Assembly: GCA_016748015.1 (NCBI GenBank)
Contig: JAAOMT010000436.1
Location: 1,300,847 to 1,364,846 of the forward strand
Reading direction: 5' to 3'
Length of the DNA stretch: 64,000 nt
Source: Geosiphon pyriformis uo1
Taxonomy: Eukaryota; Fungi; Glomeromycota
Within the stretch, counting starts at the first letter, position 1; the number at the start of each line of letters is the position of its first letter. The translations under genes were made by a program, and so were the position numbers. Under the pieces are notes generated by a model that saw nothing but the letters and a program-made list of their open reading frames with translations, did no database searches and was not told the origin of the DNA. This document shows positions 11,752-24,609 of the stretch, piece by piece.

Positions 11752-12348
11752 ATAGAAATTACAGACAACATTTACATACTAGCACAACAACTCTTTCAAT
11801 TAATCCAACACCAGGAAATGGAAATTACAATCAATCAATAAACCATTCAATATTAAGATACTAGAAAGACATTTCAACTCAGAACACAGAAGAAAACTGA
11901 AAATACTGTGGACAAAATTATGGCGAAAGTAAAATTAGCAATAAAAAAATCGACAAAAGAGTTACTATATTAAGAGTTGACTAAAGAAACTTGGAATTGG
12001 TGAATACAACAATTTCCACGAAACTATTGTTATTTTTACTTGGGACAACACGTAAATATCCAGAATCTATATATGGATAAAACAAAGCAATTATTCGACA
12101 AAAGAATACTACAACAATTAGAACATTTTGTGGGAAAGAACAACTTATTTACACAAGTCCAAGCCATATACCAAATACACACAGCATTTCAGGATAAATC
12201 AGAAATATTGCTCAACAGAGCAATGGATATGGTTACCAGTAATCAATTGAGAAAAATCACCAATGCTCAATTTAAAGAAAACAAAATCCAGAAAATACTT
12301 CAAAAGGGGGAATTACATGAGTTAAATTTCGATGGAGCTCAATATTAA
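11752..12348 (+). pseudogene. G1 accessory ORF3, unknown function
   Basis: Start decayed to ATA; same frame as ORF 12040-12348; homologous to ORF3 of G2-G4; ends FDGAQY* at the PPT. Confidence 0.75.
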
Positions 12349-12361
12349 AAGGAGGGAATAA
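12347..12361 (+). promoter_or_regulatory. G1 polypurine tract
   Basis: AAAAGGAGGGAATAA directly before the 3' LTR. Confidence 0.85.
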
Positions 12362-13237
12362 TGTTACCATAGAAATATAGGAAATATATTAGCATAATTA
12401 TTAGCCAATCAAAAGTAAGTGTAGTAAATATGGAATTCCAGGATTCCTCTCAGGAATTGCAGGATTCCAGGAATTTCAGGATTCCCCGACAAGAAATTGC
12501 AGGATTCCAGAATTCCAGGATTCCTCTTAAAAGAATCGCAGGATTCCGTGAAGAATCGAAGAATTGAGGAATCCCAATTATGTATATATAGCAGTAGTGT
12601 TAGAAACAGAAAAGGGAGAATCAATACCACAGAATCCTTAGCCAAGAAACCAATCAACAAATAAATAATTATTCAATATCTCAATCTACTCTCCACTATC
12701 AACACTTCATGTTGATAGTAATTGATACTTAACCACGCTGGAACAATAGCTCTTGATCATGGCTATTGACGAGATACTAACGTACCAAATTGTCTTGGCT
12801 TATTTTCTTTATTTTCTTTAATTTTATTTTCTTTCTTTTTATTTTCTTTTCTTTCTTTGATTTTGTTGTTGTATACTAATTGAGTAAAAAGTTTAAGCAC
12901 TGAGTTATTGATGTCAAGGATAACCTGGTAAAAGACCCAAAAATAAGGGTAGAATTATATATATATTAACAAATAACTTACCAGAAGAGCATGACTGCCA
13001 AAATAAATCCGGCTACCAAGCTGAGAAAAAAATTGGGCATAATTGCAACTCCAGGAAAACTACTACTATTACCATTGAATCTCTGTCTATTATACAAAGA
13101 ACTCCACAACAAAATCTTCAGATCACCCAAAACCTTCAGATACCATATCTTGTGCACATCATTCACGAAAGTAGCTTTTAAGTACCAAGTTATGGGTTTG
13201 TTATTCAATACACCACCTGAAATAATCACCTGTAACA
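12362..13237 (+). repeat. G1 3' LTR
   Basis: Direct repeat of 3098-3980, differing mostly by transitions plus small indels. Confidence 0.97.
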
Positions 13238-13241
13238 ATGC

Positions 13242-13475
13242 TTAATGTTATAAAATCTTTTGCTGTTGAATTTGGTAGATACAAGTTGTGTTGTTTTTTT
13301 TCTGGTTTAAGTGATAATGCATTTATTAGTATAAATGTGTAGTGTTGTCTTGTCTGGTCTAAGTGGCTAGTTATATGTAGTAAGTGTGTAAACTGCATTT
13401 AGTTTGTTCTACTTAGTTTGGTTCTATGTACTAGATAGTGGTTGAACTTTACTCATAAAACTCGTAATAAAAAAT
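13242..13475 (+). mobile_element. LINE-A 3' end (ORF2 stop, 3' UTR, short A tail)
   Basis: TAG 13340-13342; 3' UTR similar to LINE-B 43921-44055; ends AATAAAAAAA. Confidence 0.85.
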
Positions 13476-14589
13476 ATATATATAAATATATACATATTTG
13501 GTTATTCAGTTCATTAAAACTTTTCTGAAATATTCTATTTCTTGCTAACTTGAGTATAAAAAAAAGGAAAAACCATTCATAAATTTCTTTTTCCATTATT
13601 ATTTTCACGAGAAAAAAAGCTCTAAACAAATATCAAATTTTCAATTTCAAACTGATGTATATTTGAAAAAAAAAAAAAAATTCAACTTGTAAAAAAATTC
13701 AAATATTGTTTAAAATAATATTAACTTTTATAAACAACACATTTTCTTTTTTATCCGCTTGTTTAACTGGTTCAAAGATATCCAACACTTTATATTTAAT
13801 CTGACCCTCTTTTTTTAAAATACGAAAAACTTTTTTATTATATCATATATTCTTTTTAGGGGTTTTCAAAAAAAAAAAATCATTATTTTACAATGAAAAT
13901 AATTATATATAAGAGATAATCTGTTGCATTGGATATTTAGATTACCCTTCATAATTACTGATTATCAGTGAATAAAATAAATAAATAAAGAACTTAACCT
14001 TTTTCTCATTCACAAACGCAAAAAGTTAAAATCCAATAACCAAAGAGTTCAGTCTGGTAAGTAAAAAAATCTTGTTTGAACATAATATCTGAATAGAAAT
14101 CATACTATCGACCTCAACTGTTGTGCTCAAAGAAACCAAATAAACTTCGTCGTTTCTGGAATTCTATCGAGTCTGTCGATTTATATACAACAGAATTCAC
14201 GAGTTCTTGGTGGCATGAATTCAGCAGTCTTCTTCTTCTTCCATTCCAAGATAAACAATTAATATAGAGTTTATATGGCGTTCTTTGACAGTTGTTAAAT
14301 CTCTAGAGAAAATAGTTAATCAGGAGAAAAGGTAAAAGACAACAACGAGCACACGTACTACTTGAAAAGTACAGAAAGGCAAGTTTTAAGGTATAAACCT
14401 ACTTCCTCATTAAAAATATTTCACTTGGGAAGATTATCTCTTTTCTAAATTGATTTTAATCATTTGGATGTCTATTATTTTCTTCATCGTATTATTGTAA
14501 AGCAGGTTTTGAAATTTTTCATAATTTTCAATCCATTCGGACAAACTCGTCAGCGATATTTGGTTGACAGTTTGGTTGATCGGCTTATC

Positions 14590-14745
14590 CAGCCGGTGTT
14601 TGGTGTTATTGAGTTAAGATTTGCTAGTCTGGAATGCAGTCTCGCTGACCTGGTGGAACAAGTTGGTAAGTTGGCAAAGAGATTGGATGCACTCATGCCA
14701 ATGGTTTCCCAGCCTCGCCCTGGATGTAAGCCATTGGTGATTTTT
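14590..14745 (+). pseudogene. Short LINE ORF1-like coiled-coil fragment
   Basis: RFASLECSLADLVEQVGKLAKRL resembles LINE-B ORF1 HLIVLECFLEFLSDQVSVLLEKL. Confidence 0.5.
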
Positions 14746-14826
14746 GAAGACCGAGGAGTCAGTTTGACGTGTAAATATTTTTAAACTATTTAAATTTGCC
14801 CTAAATTAATTCTTCATAAATTTCAA

Positions 14827-14866
14827 CTAATATTTATAAATCTCATCTAATATTTATAAATCTCAT
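14827..14866. repeat. Perfect 20-bp tandem duplication
   Basis: CTAATATTTATAAATCTCAT x2. Confidence 0.9.
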
Positions 14867-15128
14867 CTCAAATCACCTGGACGTTTATCAGATTCATGAA
14901 ACTGACTACTGTAATTATGAGCGAACTTACGCAATTGATACTACAGTGTATATTTTGAATAGTAATGTATTGGATATTGGATGGTAAGTGTTAACATTTG
15001 AATACCTTATTCACATTCTGACAAATCTTTTTTAGTGGGTAGTTCGTGGTGCGAATATACACCATATTCTTATAGTATATCAGGGAGATACTCTAAAGAA
15101 AACTGATTTATAAGAAATTATCAAATTT

Positions 15129-15520
15129 ATTGAAAAATTAAAGTTTTACTAACTGCAAAGGTCTCATTGAAGACTTTTTCCTTTTCATCCTCTTTATCCT
15201 CTTCATCCTTTTCATAATCACATTCAATTTCCCACTTTTTATCCATTTAATCAAAAAAGTCAAGAATTTCTTGTCTTTGAAAATTTTCTTTGGCATTCTT
15301 GGATAGTTTAGTAGCTTTCTTTTTCGCACCAATATACTGTATGTTATAAAAGACTTTAAAATCTTTTTAAGTACTCGTTTTCATCCATTATAGATATCAT
15401 TTTTATTATTGGAAGACAATAGTACATAGCCTTCCAGATAATGAAGATAATTTATAAGGGATCAATTTTGAAAAGGTGTGTGCCATTAAAATAGTCATCA
15501 ACGTATCTTGAAATATCCAT
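15129..15520 (-). pseudogene. Possible degenerate hypothetical gene
   Basis: MDISRYVDDYFNG...NYLHYLEG...AKENFQRQEILDFFD...acidic run, readable only across stops and frameshifts. Confidence 0.3.
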
Positions 15521-16053
15521 GTCTATTTTGTTTAAAGAGAAAAGTAAATGAATATTTGTTTAATCAAAGTGAAAGCTACTGTATTCAATAATGATAGTAG
15601 TGCTAAACAAATTCGAAGTATTGATTATATTATTTTTACTAATATTTTATTCTATCTAGGGGTTGAATTGACAGAAATTCTTTAAAACGGAACAACAAAA
15701 TATATCATCTTCCCTGACAATTGGCCAGCTTAAAAGTTGTGGTTTTTTTAATTGAAAACTTATGTGTAAGATATTTATCAGTCATTTTTTTGATGTAGAT
15801 GTTGGTTAGAACAACAATCGGATTGGGAATTTTCCCAAGGATAGATTTACTTGATATCTTAAATGAAAAAATCGGTAATCATCTATTCGAATTAAAAATG
15901 AATAAAGTTTAAATTTTATATTAATTTATATAAATACATTATTAAATGAGAAAGATAAGCTTTATTTTATTTTTTAAATAAAAAACTTTGAGACTAATTA
16001 AGGTATACATGCCAATTTTTTCTTATAGAAAGTACAATTTGGTGTTTTTGATC

Positions 16054-16076
16054 TATATATATATATATATATATAT
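16054..16076. repeat. (TA)n microsatellite
   Basis: Direct observation. Confidence 0.9.
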
Positions 16077-16354
16077 TTTTTAATTCTAAATCTTTCGCGT
16101 TTCATTCGAGGAATATTTAACCCAACAAAGTTCCCCAGGCAAAAAAAAGTTAAGTATATTTTCGATTGTGGGAATATTTAAAAATAAAGTTTTTAATGAT
16201 GATTTATTTTGGACCTGTATGAATCAAATGTTTTTTCGATTAAATTCAACTTGGAGAACTATTCTGTTGAAAATATATATATATATCTATTTTTTTTTGT
16301 ATTTAAAAGAAATGATTTAGTCATAACAGCTCAAAACAAAAAAAGCCATTTCTT

Positions 16355-16355
<1 letters not shown>

Positions 16356-16419
<64 letters not shown>
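16356..16419 (+). repeat. Poly(A) run of about 64 nt
   Basis: Direct observation; explains the poly-Lys ORF 16209-16433. Confidence 0.95.
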
Positions 16420-16421
<2 letters not shown>

Positions 16422-17927
16422 TTTGATAATTAAAAATGGGTTATATATTTGTGTAATTATTTACAAAATAAAATTTAAAACACAATTTTTAAAATTAAAT
16501 TAACAATATAGAATTTAATTAATGTAAAAAATATTAATTTTTAATTTAAATATTTATTAAATTTTTTTTTAATTATAAGATTTAAAAATTATTAAAAGCC
16601 AAGTTTTTTTAAAAATTTGATATTTTTTTTAACTTAATATAAGTATTTAAAAGATTTAATAACATATTTTACAGTAAAACATGTTTTTGAAACTTATTCA
16701 AAATTTTAAAAAAACTATTTATTTTTTTATTAATCAAATTATTAACTATAAAAATAAATTTATTTTAAGAAATATTTTTTATAATATTAATAAAAATATT
16801 GTTTTAATATAATTTAAAAATATTTATTAAATATTTAAAATGATAACAAAACATTTATAATTTTTTTTATATGAATTTAAATTTTATAATAAATTTAACT
16901 TTAATAAAATTTAGAACAACAATATTATTATTTATCAAATAATTTAAAGCAATTTTTCTAAAAACCTGTATTAATATATTTTTTATTATATAATTTTTGT
17001 TGGTTAAAAAATTTTTATGTATTTTTTTATAGTATTATTAATTAATTTTACTTTTATTACTTTAATTTTTCTTATTTTAAAAATTAATATTTTCACAAAA
17101 TTTTTTTTTAAAATACATATATAAATTAAACCAGTTTTTTTTATTATAATTATTTCAAAAATTCAAAAATTCAAAATAATTAGTATTATTATTATTTAAT
17201 TTAAAATATTTAATAATTTTAAAACCTAATTTTTTTAATTTATAAAACTTATATAATAATTTGCTTAAATATTTATTATTACATCTATATTATGTTTTTT
17301 AAAAATAATATTTACTAAATTATTAATTATTAAAACTATTATATTAAATTATAATTATTATTTTTTAGCTAAATTAAAAAATATTAAACAAATAACAATT
17401 TTTGTTAAAAATATTATTAGTAAACTTTAATTAATAATTATATTAACATACTATCTTTTTCTCTTATCTTCAAAAATCCTCAAAAAAGTGCATTTTCTGA
17501 GAAAGAAGTTTTCTATTTTTTCTTGTTAGTTTTTTTAAATAATAATCCTTTCGTCGTGAATTTAAAGACTGCTTCAGACAGTAATATGTCAAAAAAGAAG
17601 ACACCCAAAGATATTTTTTATAGTCCTGTTGATAGTTCTTTTGCTTAGAAAAAGAAAATAGTTCTTGAAAATGTTAAACACTCTGGTGATAAAAAAGATA
17701 TCTCTTTGAGTAAATCTGGGCCTGGTAATAGTGTGTATTTTGATGTAGATAGTCTGTTTGGTAATAATGAGAATGTTGGCATGACTGGTGTAAATGAAGG
17801 GTCTCTTCTGGGTTCAGCTACAACTATTCCCAAAACAAAATGTATTAATACTGGTGCAATATTTGGTTTTTCACTTGGCTCTCCTGATTTTACTATGGAT
17901 GATAATGATATTGTACTTCCTCCTTGC

Positions 17928-18906
17928 TGTTACCAGATGAAATTAGAGATATTATTTAGCATGAAATTATCTTTATAATTCCTATCATTAATTAACATAT
18001 ATTATCGTTTTAAATTATCACTTAGTATATTAGCAAAATGTCCAAAATTATCATTTAATTAATAACCCAATTTGTATATAACACAAATATAACCTAATTG
18101 CAATGATCAATCATGCAATACCCCGAACTATGTAACATTCAAAAAGTTCGCCGAAATTTGTAGAAATTTGCCGAAATAATTAATAGTTCACTGAAATATC
18201 CAATAGTTCACAGAAATAACCTGTAGTTCGCCGAAATGTATTTTCAGTTCAGCAAAATTGTAGAAAAGAGCAAAGTTCAAGTTCATAGAATAGTGTTACA
18301 ACAAGTTGTATAAAAGAAAAGCTTCTTTCTTCGAGGAAATGTATCTTACTTTAGATTTATCACTTAGAACTATTCCTACATACACAAAAAGAAATAAATA
18401 TCAAATAATTCAAAAAACCAAATTCTTTAATTATTGTACTTGGAAAATTCCCAAAATCCAACTAACATTTTGAAATTGATTAGCTACCAATTTCAATAAA
18501 CTGTTAGTGACTCCAGGCCTGGATAGAAAACGTTTTCCTTGACAGAATTCTATTTCTTTTATATTTCTTTTATTTTTTTTTTCTTTTCTTATTACAATTA
18601 TTAGGGTAGCCTACAGACAAGATTTCTGTAGAAGAGTTGACTTTCACAGCAAAGTAACTACACATTTTAGTGAGCTTCCAGATGAGCAATTCCTGGGAAA
18701 AAGTTGATGTTTACTACAACGTAACTACATAAAATAACTGGCAAGGAATTGGCCATTTCACTTATAAGCCCAGCAGTTCAAATTATAGGAGATAATTTGA
18801 AGATAAATTCAGTTACTGGAGGTTCAACCACATCCAGAAAATGTGAATTCACAGCAAACAAGCATCGACAACATTTAAGAAAAGAGACCAAAAATCTCCG
18901 GTAACA
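17928..18906 (+). repeat. G2 5' LTR
   Basis: TGTTAC...GTAACA; 20-bp-period array 18141-18262; TATAAAA near 18310. Confidence 0.97.
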
Positions 18907-18951
18907 TTTGGTGCTCTCCCATAGAAATAACACAGCAACAACAAATTCAAA

Positions 18952-21900
18952 GTGGCAACCACCTCAGACATCACAACCTTAGAGTACTATCAATCGATTT
19001 ACATACACTGCAAACAATGATTTGAAATACACGACAGAATTATAGCTTTCAAGAAAACACTTTTTCAATACATCAAAAATCGAATCAACAACTATCTCTT
19101 TGGAAACTATAACATTACAACAGTTAAAAGAGATCTTCTTGAGAACATATTACACTATTCCAACACTGAATCAGAAAACATTAGTGCTGAAGCTTGTGCT
19201 ACTTATTTTAAGGAACTTGATTATAATATCATTCAATTCTGTGAAAAAAAATATCCTGCAAACGCACAATTTGTCTTTGAACTCAAATCTGAACCTGAAA
19301 CCAGTAGCAACAAAAGACAAAGAGATAACCGACCTGTTTACACAACATCCAATACTCCCAAAATATCATTCAAACATTTACAAACACCTGAACAAGGAAC
19401 CAGTTCAAAACTTCTACTTACTATCACACCTTTTCCAGCTTCACTTGCACAAGCACAAACATTTAATTCACTCTTGAATCAATTTGCAAGACCAGAAGAT
19501 TTTACATCACTCAGAAGTCCCACCAGACAACAAGAACCCCTTCAAACTAGTTCCAATCTCCTTGACTTTCTAGCTGAAAACCAAAGTGAACACTCTGAGA
19601 CAGCAGCAAATGAAGAAAACGAACCTGAAATATCTGAAGAAAAATCAATAGACAGTGAAAACAAAGAAGACAAAATGACAACATACATTGCAAAAATTCC
19701 TGAATTTAATAGAGAAGACATTGAGACCAGTCCCCAAGAATGGCTCGACCAAGTTACTAAAGCTGGAGATGCAAATGAATGGAATGCTGCCAGAATGTTA
19801 AGAACAATTCTCTACTTTCTCAAAGGAACAGCAGGAGAATGGTTTGAAAACCTTGCCGCCCCATTCAATGATTGGAACGCTTTCAAAACAGCCTTCCTTG
19901 AACAGTTCACTGACAATAACACCTTTATCACTCTTCGCAATCATTTTCAAAATATCAAACAAAAACCCTCTGAATCCATTATGACTTATATTGGGAAATT
20001 CAACAAACTTCTCAGACAAATTCGCCAACTCGAGACAAATGATTATTATTTCGATGCTCAAATCTTGGATTAATTTATCGCTGGTCTAAAAGATAAACTA
20101 ATTAAAAAGGTTCGCCCACATGCGCCAGAAGATTTAAACTCTATCATACAGCATGCGAAAAGATACGAAATGGCCATGGAAGAGGCCAACTGCACAAAAC
20201 TTGTAAATTTGGCAATTGGAAAAACCAGTTCAGCAGCTGAGGAAAAAATTGACCAACTCACAAAAAAGATTGAAAACTATTTCACCAATTAACAACAACA
20301 GCAACCCCAAAGATATCAACCATCCCAAAGACGAAATCAAAATAACGTTGCACCACTTTTCAATAACCAGCCTCAGAATTGCCATTACTGTGGAATCTCT
20401 GGCCACTGAAAAAGAGATTGCAGAAAGCTACAACAAGACCAACAAAATAAGAGTAATCAATGTTACCCTCCACCACAGCAATCTTATTATCAACTACCAT
20501 TACCAGCTTACTATCTACCAAGACCCCAATACCAAAATAACTATTATCAGCCAGCCCCACAGCCAATCCCACAGCAATACCAACAACCACCCACACAACA
20601 TTATCAAGTACCTGCTCGAAGACTGATTACACAAAATCAATTCACACCACAAAACCAATACCAAGTAAACAACAATAGAATTAGTTCAAACAACCAATTG
20701 GTTCTCCGAAATACCACTCAACCAAAACCCAACCACTACCATACTCAACCCAGTTATTTAACAATGCTGGAAGAACAGGATTTTCACCATACTGCACTTA
20801 CGAAAGGTAGAGCTGTAGCACAACAACAAAACTCTTCCTATACTCCCATCACAATTCCATCAGCCAGAATTGCTGAAAACGCTAACCTTTCAGATATATT
20901 CCCTTTTGAGTTCAAAGCAAATGAGTCACCATTTCTGCTTAGCAATGCAGCCGCCAATGAACAAAAAGCAATTACAGCCATGTACACTGAAGCCGAAGTC
21001 GAAGGAAAGACAATTCGCTTGATCCTAGACAGTGGATCCGCCAGAAGCATTATCACCTACCAGTTAATGCAACAGTTGAAAAGAAATGTCGACTGACCAG
21101 CTCAAACAGTAATCATTACTGCTGATGGCATGAAAAAGACACCAGTAGAAAAAATTGACAATTTTCCATTCACTCTTGATGGAATTACCATTCCAGTCAA
21201 AGTTCTTATAATAGATGCACCCCAATACCAAGCTCTTATCAGAAATAATTGGCTTCAAAAAACCAATGCTAATCTGAATTGGGAAACACAAGAGTTAACA
21301 ATTTCCTACCAAGGACAACATGCCCGAGTACCTGCCACTTGTGGTACATTTAACAAATGCTCTAAAAAAGCCCCAGCTTTTAAATTCGAACTGGAAGAAG
21401 AAAAACCCTTCATTGAAACATTCATGGCTTTTGGATCAACGTCCAACTGGGCTGATGAAACAAAACAAGAACATTTTACCCCATACTCTGAACCCGAAAC
21501 CTCTGGATGGAATATCCCTTACTCAAAACCTGAACCAAAGAAACAACGCCCCTATATTCCCCTTAAATGTAAGGACTACCACAAGAAACTATCGTCAATG
21601 GGAGCCTGCATTTCATCTAAAGAAGAATATGAGAATCATACTTGTTATTACTGCAAGGCTTGCCACAGAGAATGATGGGGCCATCTAATAAAAAGGAGCG
21701 GAAAATAGGACAACACCCCTTGTTTGACTTGTGGAGATAGGCTACTAGAAGAATGCAATTGGATTGATGTAGCCATGAGAGGAGGAGTCTGCGATCAGAC
21801 CTGCCAATATGCTTTATCAATTTCAGAAAAAGTAAAAAGAGGAACACCCTTTAATGCAGCATACAACAGTGCTCTCAACAAACTTTATCACTACCCCATG

Positions 21901-24560
21901 ATGCTGAAATGATTTTCGACCTAGCAATGGCATTAATTAATGGAGCTACCAAAGAAGATGTTCACCAAATGAAGGAAGCAGAATACATTGAATACACCAT
22001 GGAATTAGCTGAATTCGATTACGAAGACGAAGTAAAAGTCTACCACCAAATCGCAAGTCACACCTAACCAACCCAAGAAGCTCAAATTCAATGATTAGAG
22101 CAAATGAACATTAGGCTATGTAAAAAATGTATTATGTCTTGTGATGAACAGTGGTGTCCTGAATGCTATGCTCTTAGTATTCCCTTGTCCAGCGAAAATA
22201 ATGAATACGAAATTAAATTCGGAGAACTTGAAGTGACAGAAGAAATTGAGACAACACCCATCTATCTTATTGAAAATCAGCCTGCTTTACAACTCAAATA
22301 TTTCAACAACAATGGACAAGAAATAAAACCAGAAAAAGCCCATGAGATCGATGCTGAATATGATCTAAAATATCCAGGAAAAGATACTCTTACTCTCAAA
22401 CCCAAATCTCTCACAAAAATCAACCTCAAAATTGCCCTTGAAATCCCACCAGGAGCAATGGTTCAAATTGCTTCTCAATCATCCTTGGCAAGCAAAGGAA
22501 TCAATGTTAGAGGAGGAATCATCAATGCTGAATACACAGAAGACATCACAGTCATGTTACAAAATGAAACTGATAAACCTTTCAAAATTGGATATGCTGA
22601 AAAAATTGCTCAAGCTATCTATTTACTCTTAATCAACATTTCGGGTTTACAATTAGTTAATTAAAGAGAACAGTTGGGAAAAAGTGAAAGAGGAACACAA
22701 GGTTTTGGTTCAACTAGACGTTTCACAGTTCCAGTAAACATAGCTCTCAATGAACAGAAAGAATCTCACCAAATTTTACAACTTCTACAACCAATTACCA
22801 TTTCACCCTTTGGAGAACACCCTGAAATTTACATTTGTGAAAAGCCAACAAATACACAACAAATTTTTGAATCAAACGAACAAATCTGTTTGAAACATAA
22901 TATCTCAATCCCAAACATTTATATTCCAGAAGGAACAAAGATAGTCCGAGTTACTTTTTACAATCCCAACAATTATCTCATAGTTTTAGTAAATAACTTA
23001 GAAATTGGAATCATTCACAGTAACATCTTTCAACAAGAATTACCCCAAACAGTCCCTGATTTTTCTGAAATTATTGGACATTCACTACCAAAAATCAACC
23101 TAAACCCTAGCTCCGAAAACTACCATATTGTTATGGAAAAACTATCTTGAATCAACATGGGACAACTTGAACCACAACAACAAAACCAGTTCAAGAAACT
23201 AATTGCAGATTTTGCTGACATCTTCGCCGAAAACAACAATGACTTAGGAAGAACCAATTTGGTGCAACACCAAATCTATACAGGAGATGCCAAACCAAGG
23301 TGACAACAAGCCTACCAAGTTGCTCCAGAAAGCCACCAATTTATCCAAAAAGAAGTACAACGGATGCTTAACAATGGGCTTATCCAACCATCAATAAGTC
23401 CATGGGTCTCACTGGTGGTCCTAGTTAAAAAGAAGAATGGAAAGATACGATTTTGTGTTGATTATCGACAACTCAACAGTGTCACCATTGGGAATGCTTA
23501 TCCTCTTTCGCAAATTGATGACATGTTAGATGCCCTTGGAAAATCTAAATACTTTTCAACATTAGACCTAGAAAGCAGATACTGGCAAGTTGCCATGGAT
23601 CCCAAGGACTGTCCCAAAACAGCATTCACAACACAAGAAGGAAACTACGAATTTAATGTAATGCCCTTTGGATTATGCAATGCACCAGCAACATTTCAAA
23701 GACTCATGGATGTTGTATATGCTGGACTCCTTTGGAAATCAGTAGTTGTCTATCTTGATAGCACTGATGTTTATTCTCCATCTTTTGAACTCCATTTAAT
23801 TCACCTATGAGAAGTTTTTCAATGATTACGTAGAGCAGGATTAAAACTAAACATTGAAAAATGCCATTTTGGAAAAACAAGTTTGACCTTTCTTGGTCAC
23901 ATAGTTAATGAAGAAGGAGTCAAACCAGATCCAGGAAAAATCAGTGCTGTTAAGAACTTCAAAGTTCCACAAAATACTACAGAACTAAGAAGATTCATAG
24001 GATTAGCATCCTACTATCGGAAGTTTATCAAAGGATTTTCAGAAATTGCAAAACCCTTCAACCAGCTCACCACCAAAAACGTTGAATACAAATGGACTAC
24101 CGAACACCAAAAAGCTTTTGAAATTCTTAAGGAAAAACTGACAACAGCCCCAATCCTCGCCTACTCGGATTTCAGCAACCAATTTCGACTAGCTACAGAT
24201 GCTTCATATACTGCCTTTGGTGCCATCTTATCACAATTAAATGACAATGGAAATGAGCGAGTAATTGCCTATGCTAGCAGAACATTAAAACCAGCTGAGA
24301 AAAACTACCCTGCCACAGAACTAAAAACAGCAGCTGTAATTTGGGCTCTACACCACTTCAACTTTTATCTCAGGCCTAAAAAATTTGATATTATTACTGA
24401 TAATATTGGACTCAAATGGCTTCAGAACAAAAATACTCAGCTAAATGCAAAACAAACCCGATGGACAGGATTTCTAGCAAACTATCAATACATAGTACAT
24501 CACAAACCAGGAAAACTCCACACCAATGTTGACTGTCTCTTCAGAATGAGACAAGATTAG
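18952..24560 (+). pseudogene. G2 gag-pol (Gag, PR, Cys-rich, dUTPase about 22326-22718, RT, RNase H)
   Basis: CHYCGISGH, LILDSGSARS, DAEYDL/GGIINAEY/RGTQGFGST, PFGLCNAPATF, ATDAS, NVDCLFR; ends TAG 24560. Confidence 0.93.
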
Positions 24561-24609
24561 AAAACAAAAACCAACATGCAACTTAACCAACCAAAAGAGC
24601 CAACAAACA

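Larger units (their letters stand above)
3098..13237 (+). mobile_element. G1: full-length Ty3/Gypsy LTR retrotransposon with dUTPase, decayed
   Basis: TG..CA LTRs 3098-3980 and 12362-13237; TSD ATGC (3094-3097, 13238-13241); PBS, PPT; gag-PR-dUTPase-RT-RH, then IN, then ORF3. Confidence 0.97.

Noticed and set aside
11752-12348. ORF3 as an env gene
   Set aside because: Too short, with no visible signal peptide, furin site or TM anchor.
14080-14270. Possible minus-strand exons in a CpG-containing stretch
   Set aside because: No consistent frame, splice model or recognisable motif.
16209-16433. Poly-lysine ORF
   Set aside because: Translation of the poly(A) run.
18141-18262. CRISPR-like periodic repeats
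   Set aside because: Degenerate tandem units without spacers, inside a eukaryotic LTR; no cas genes.
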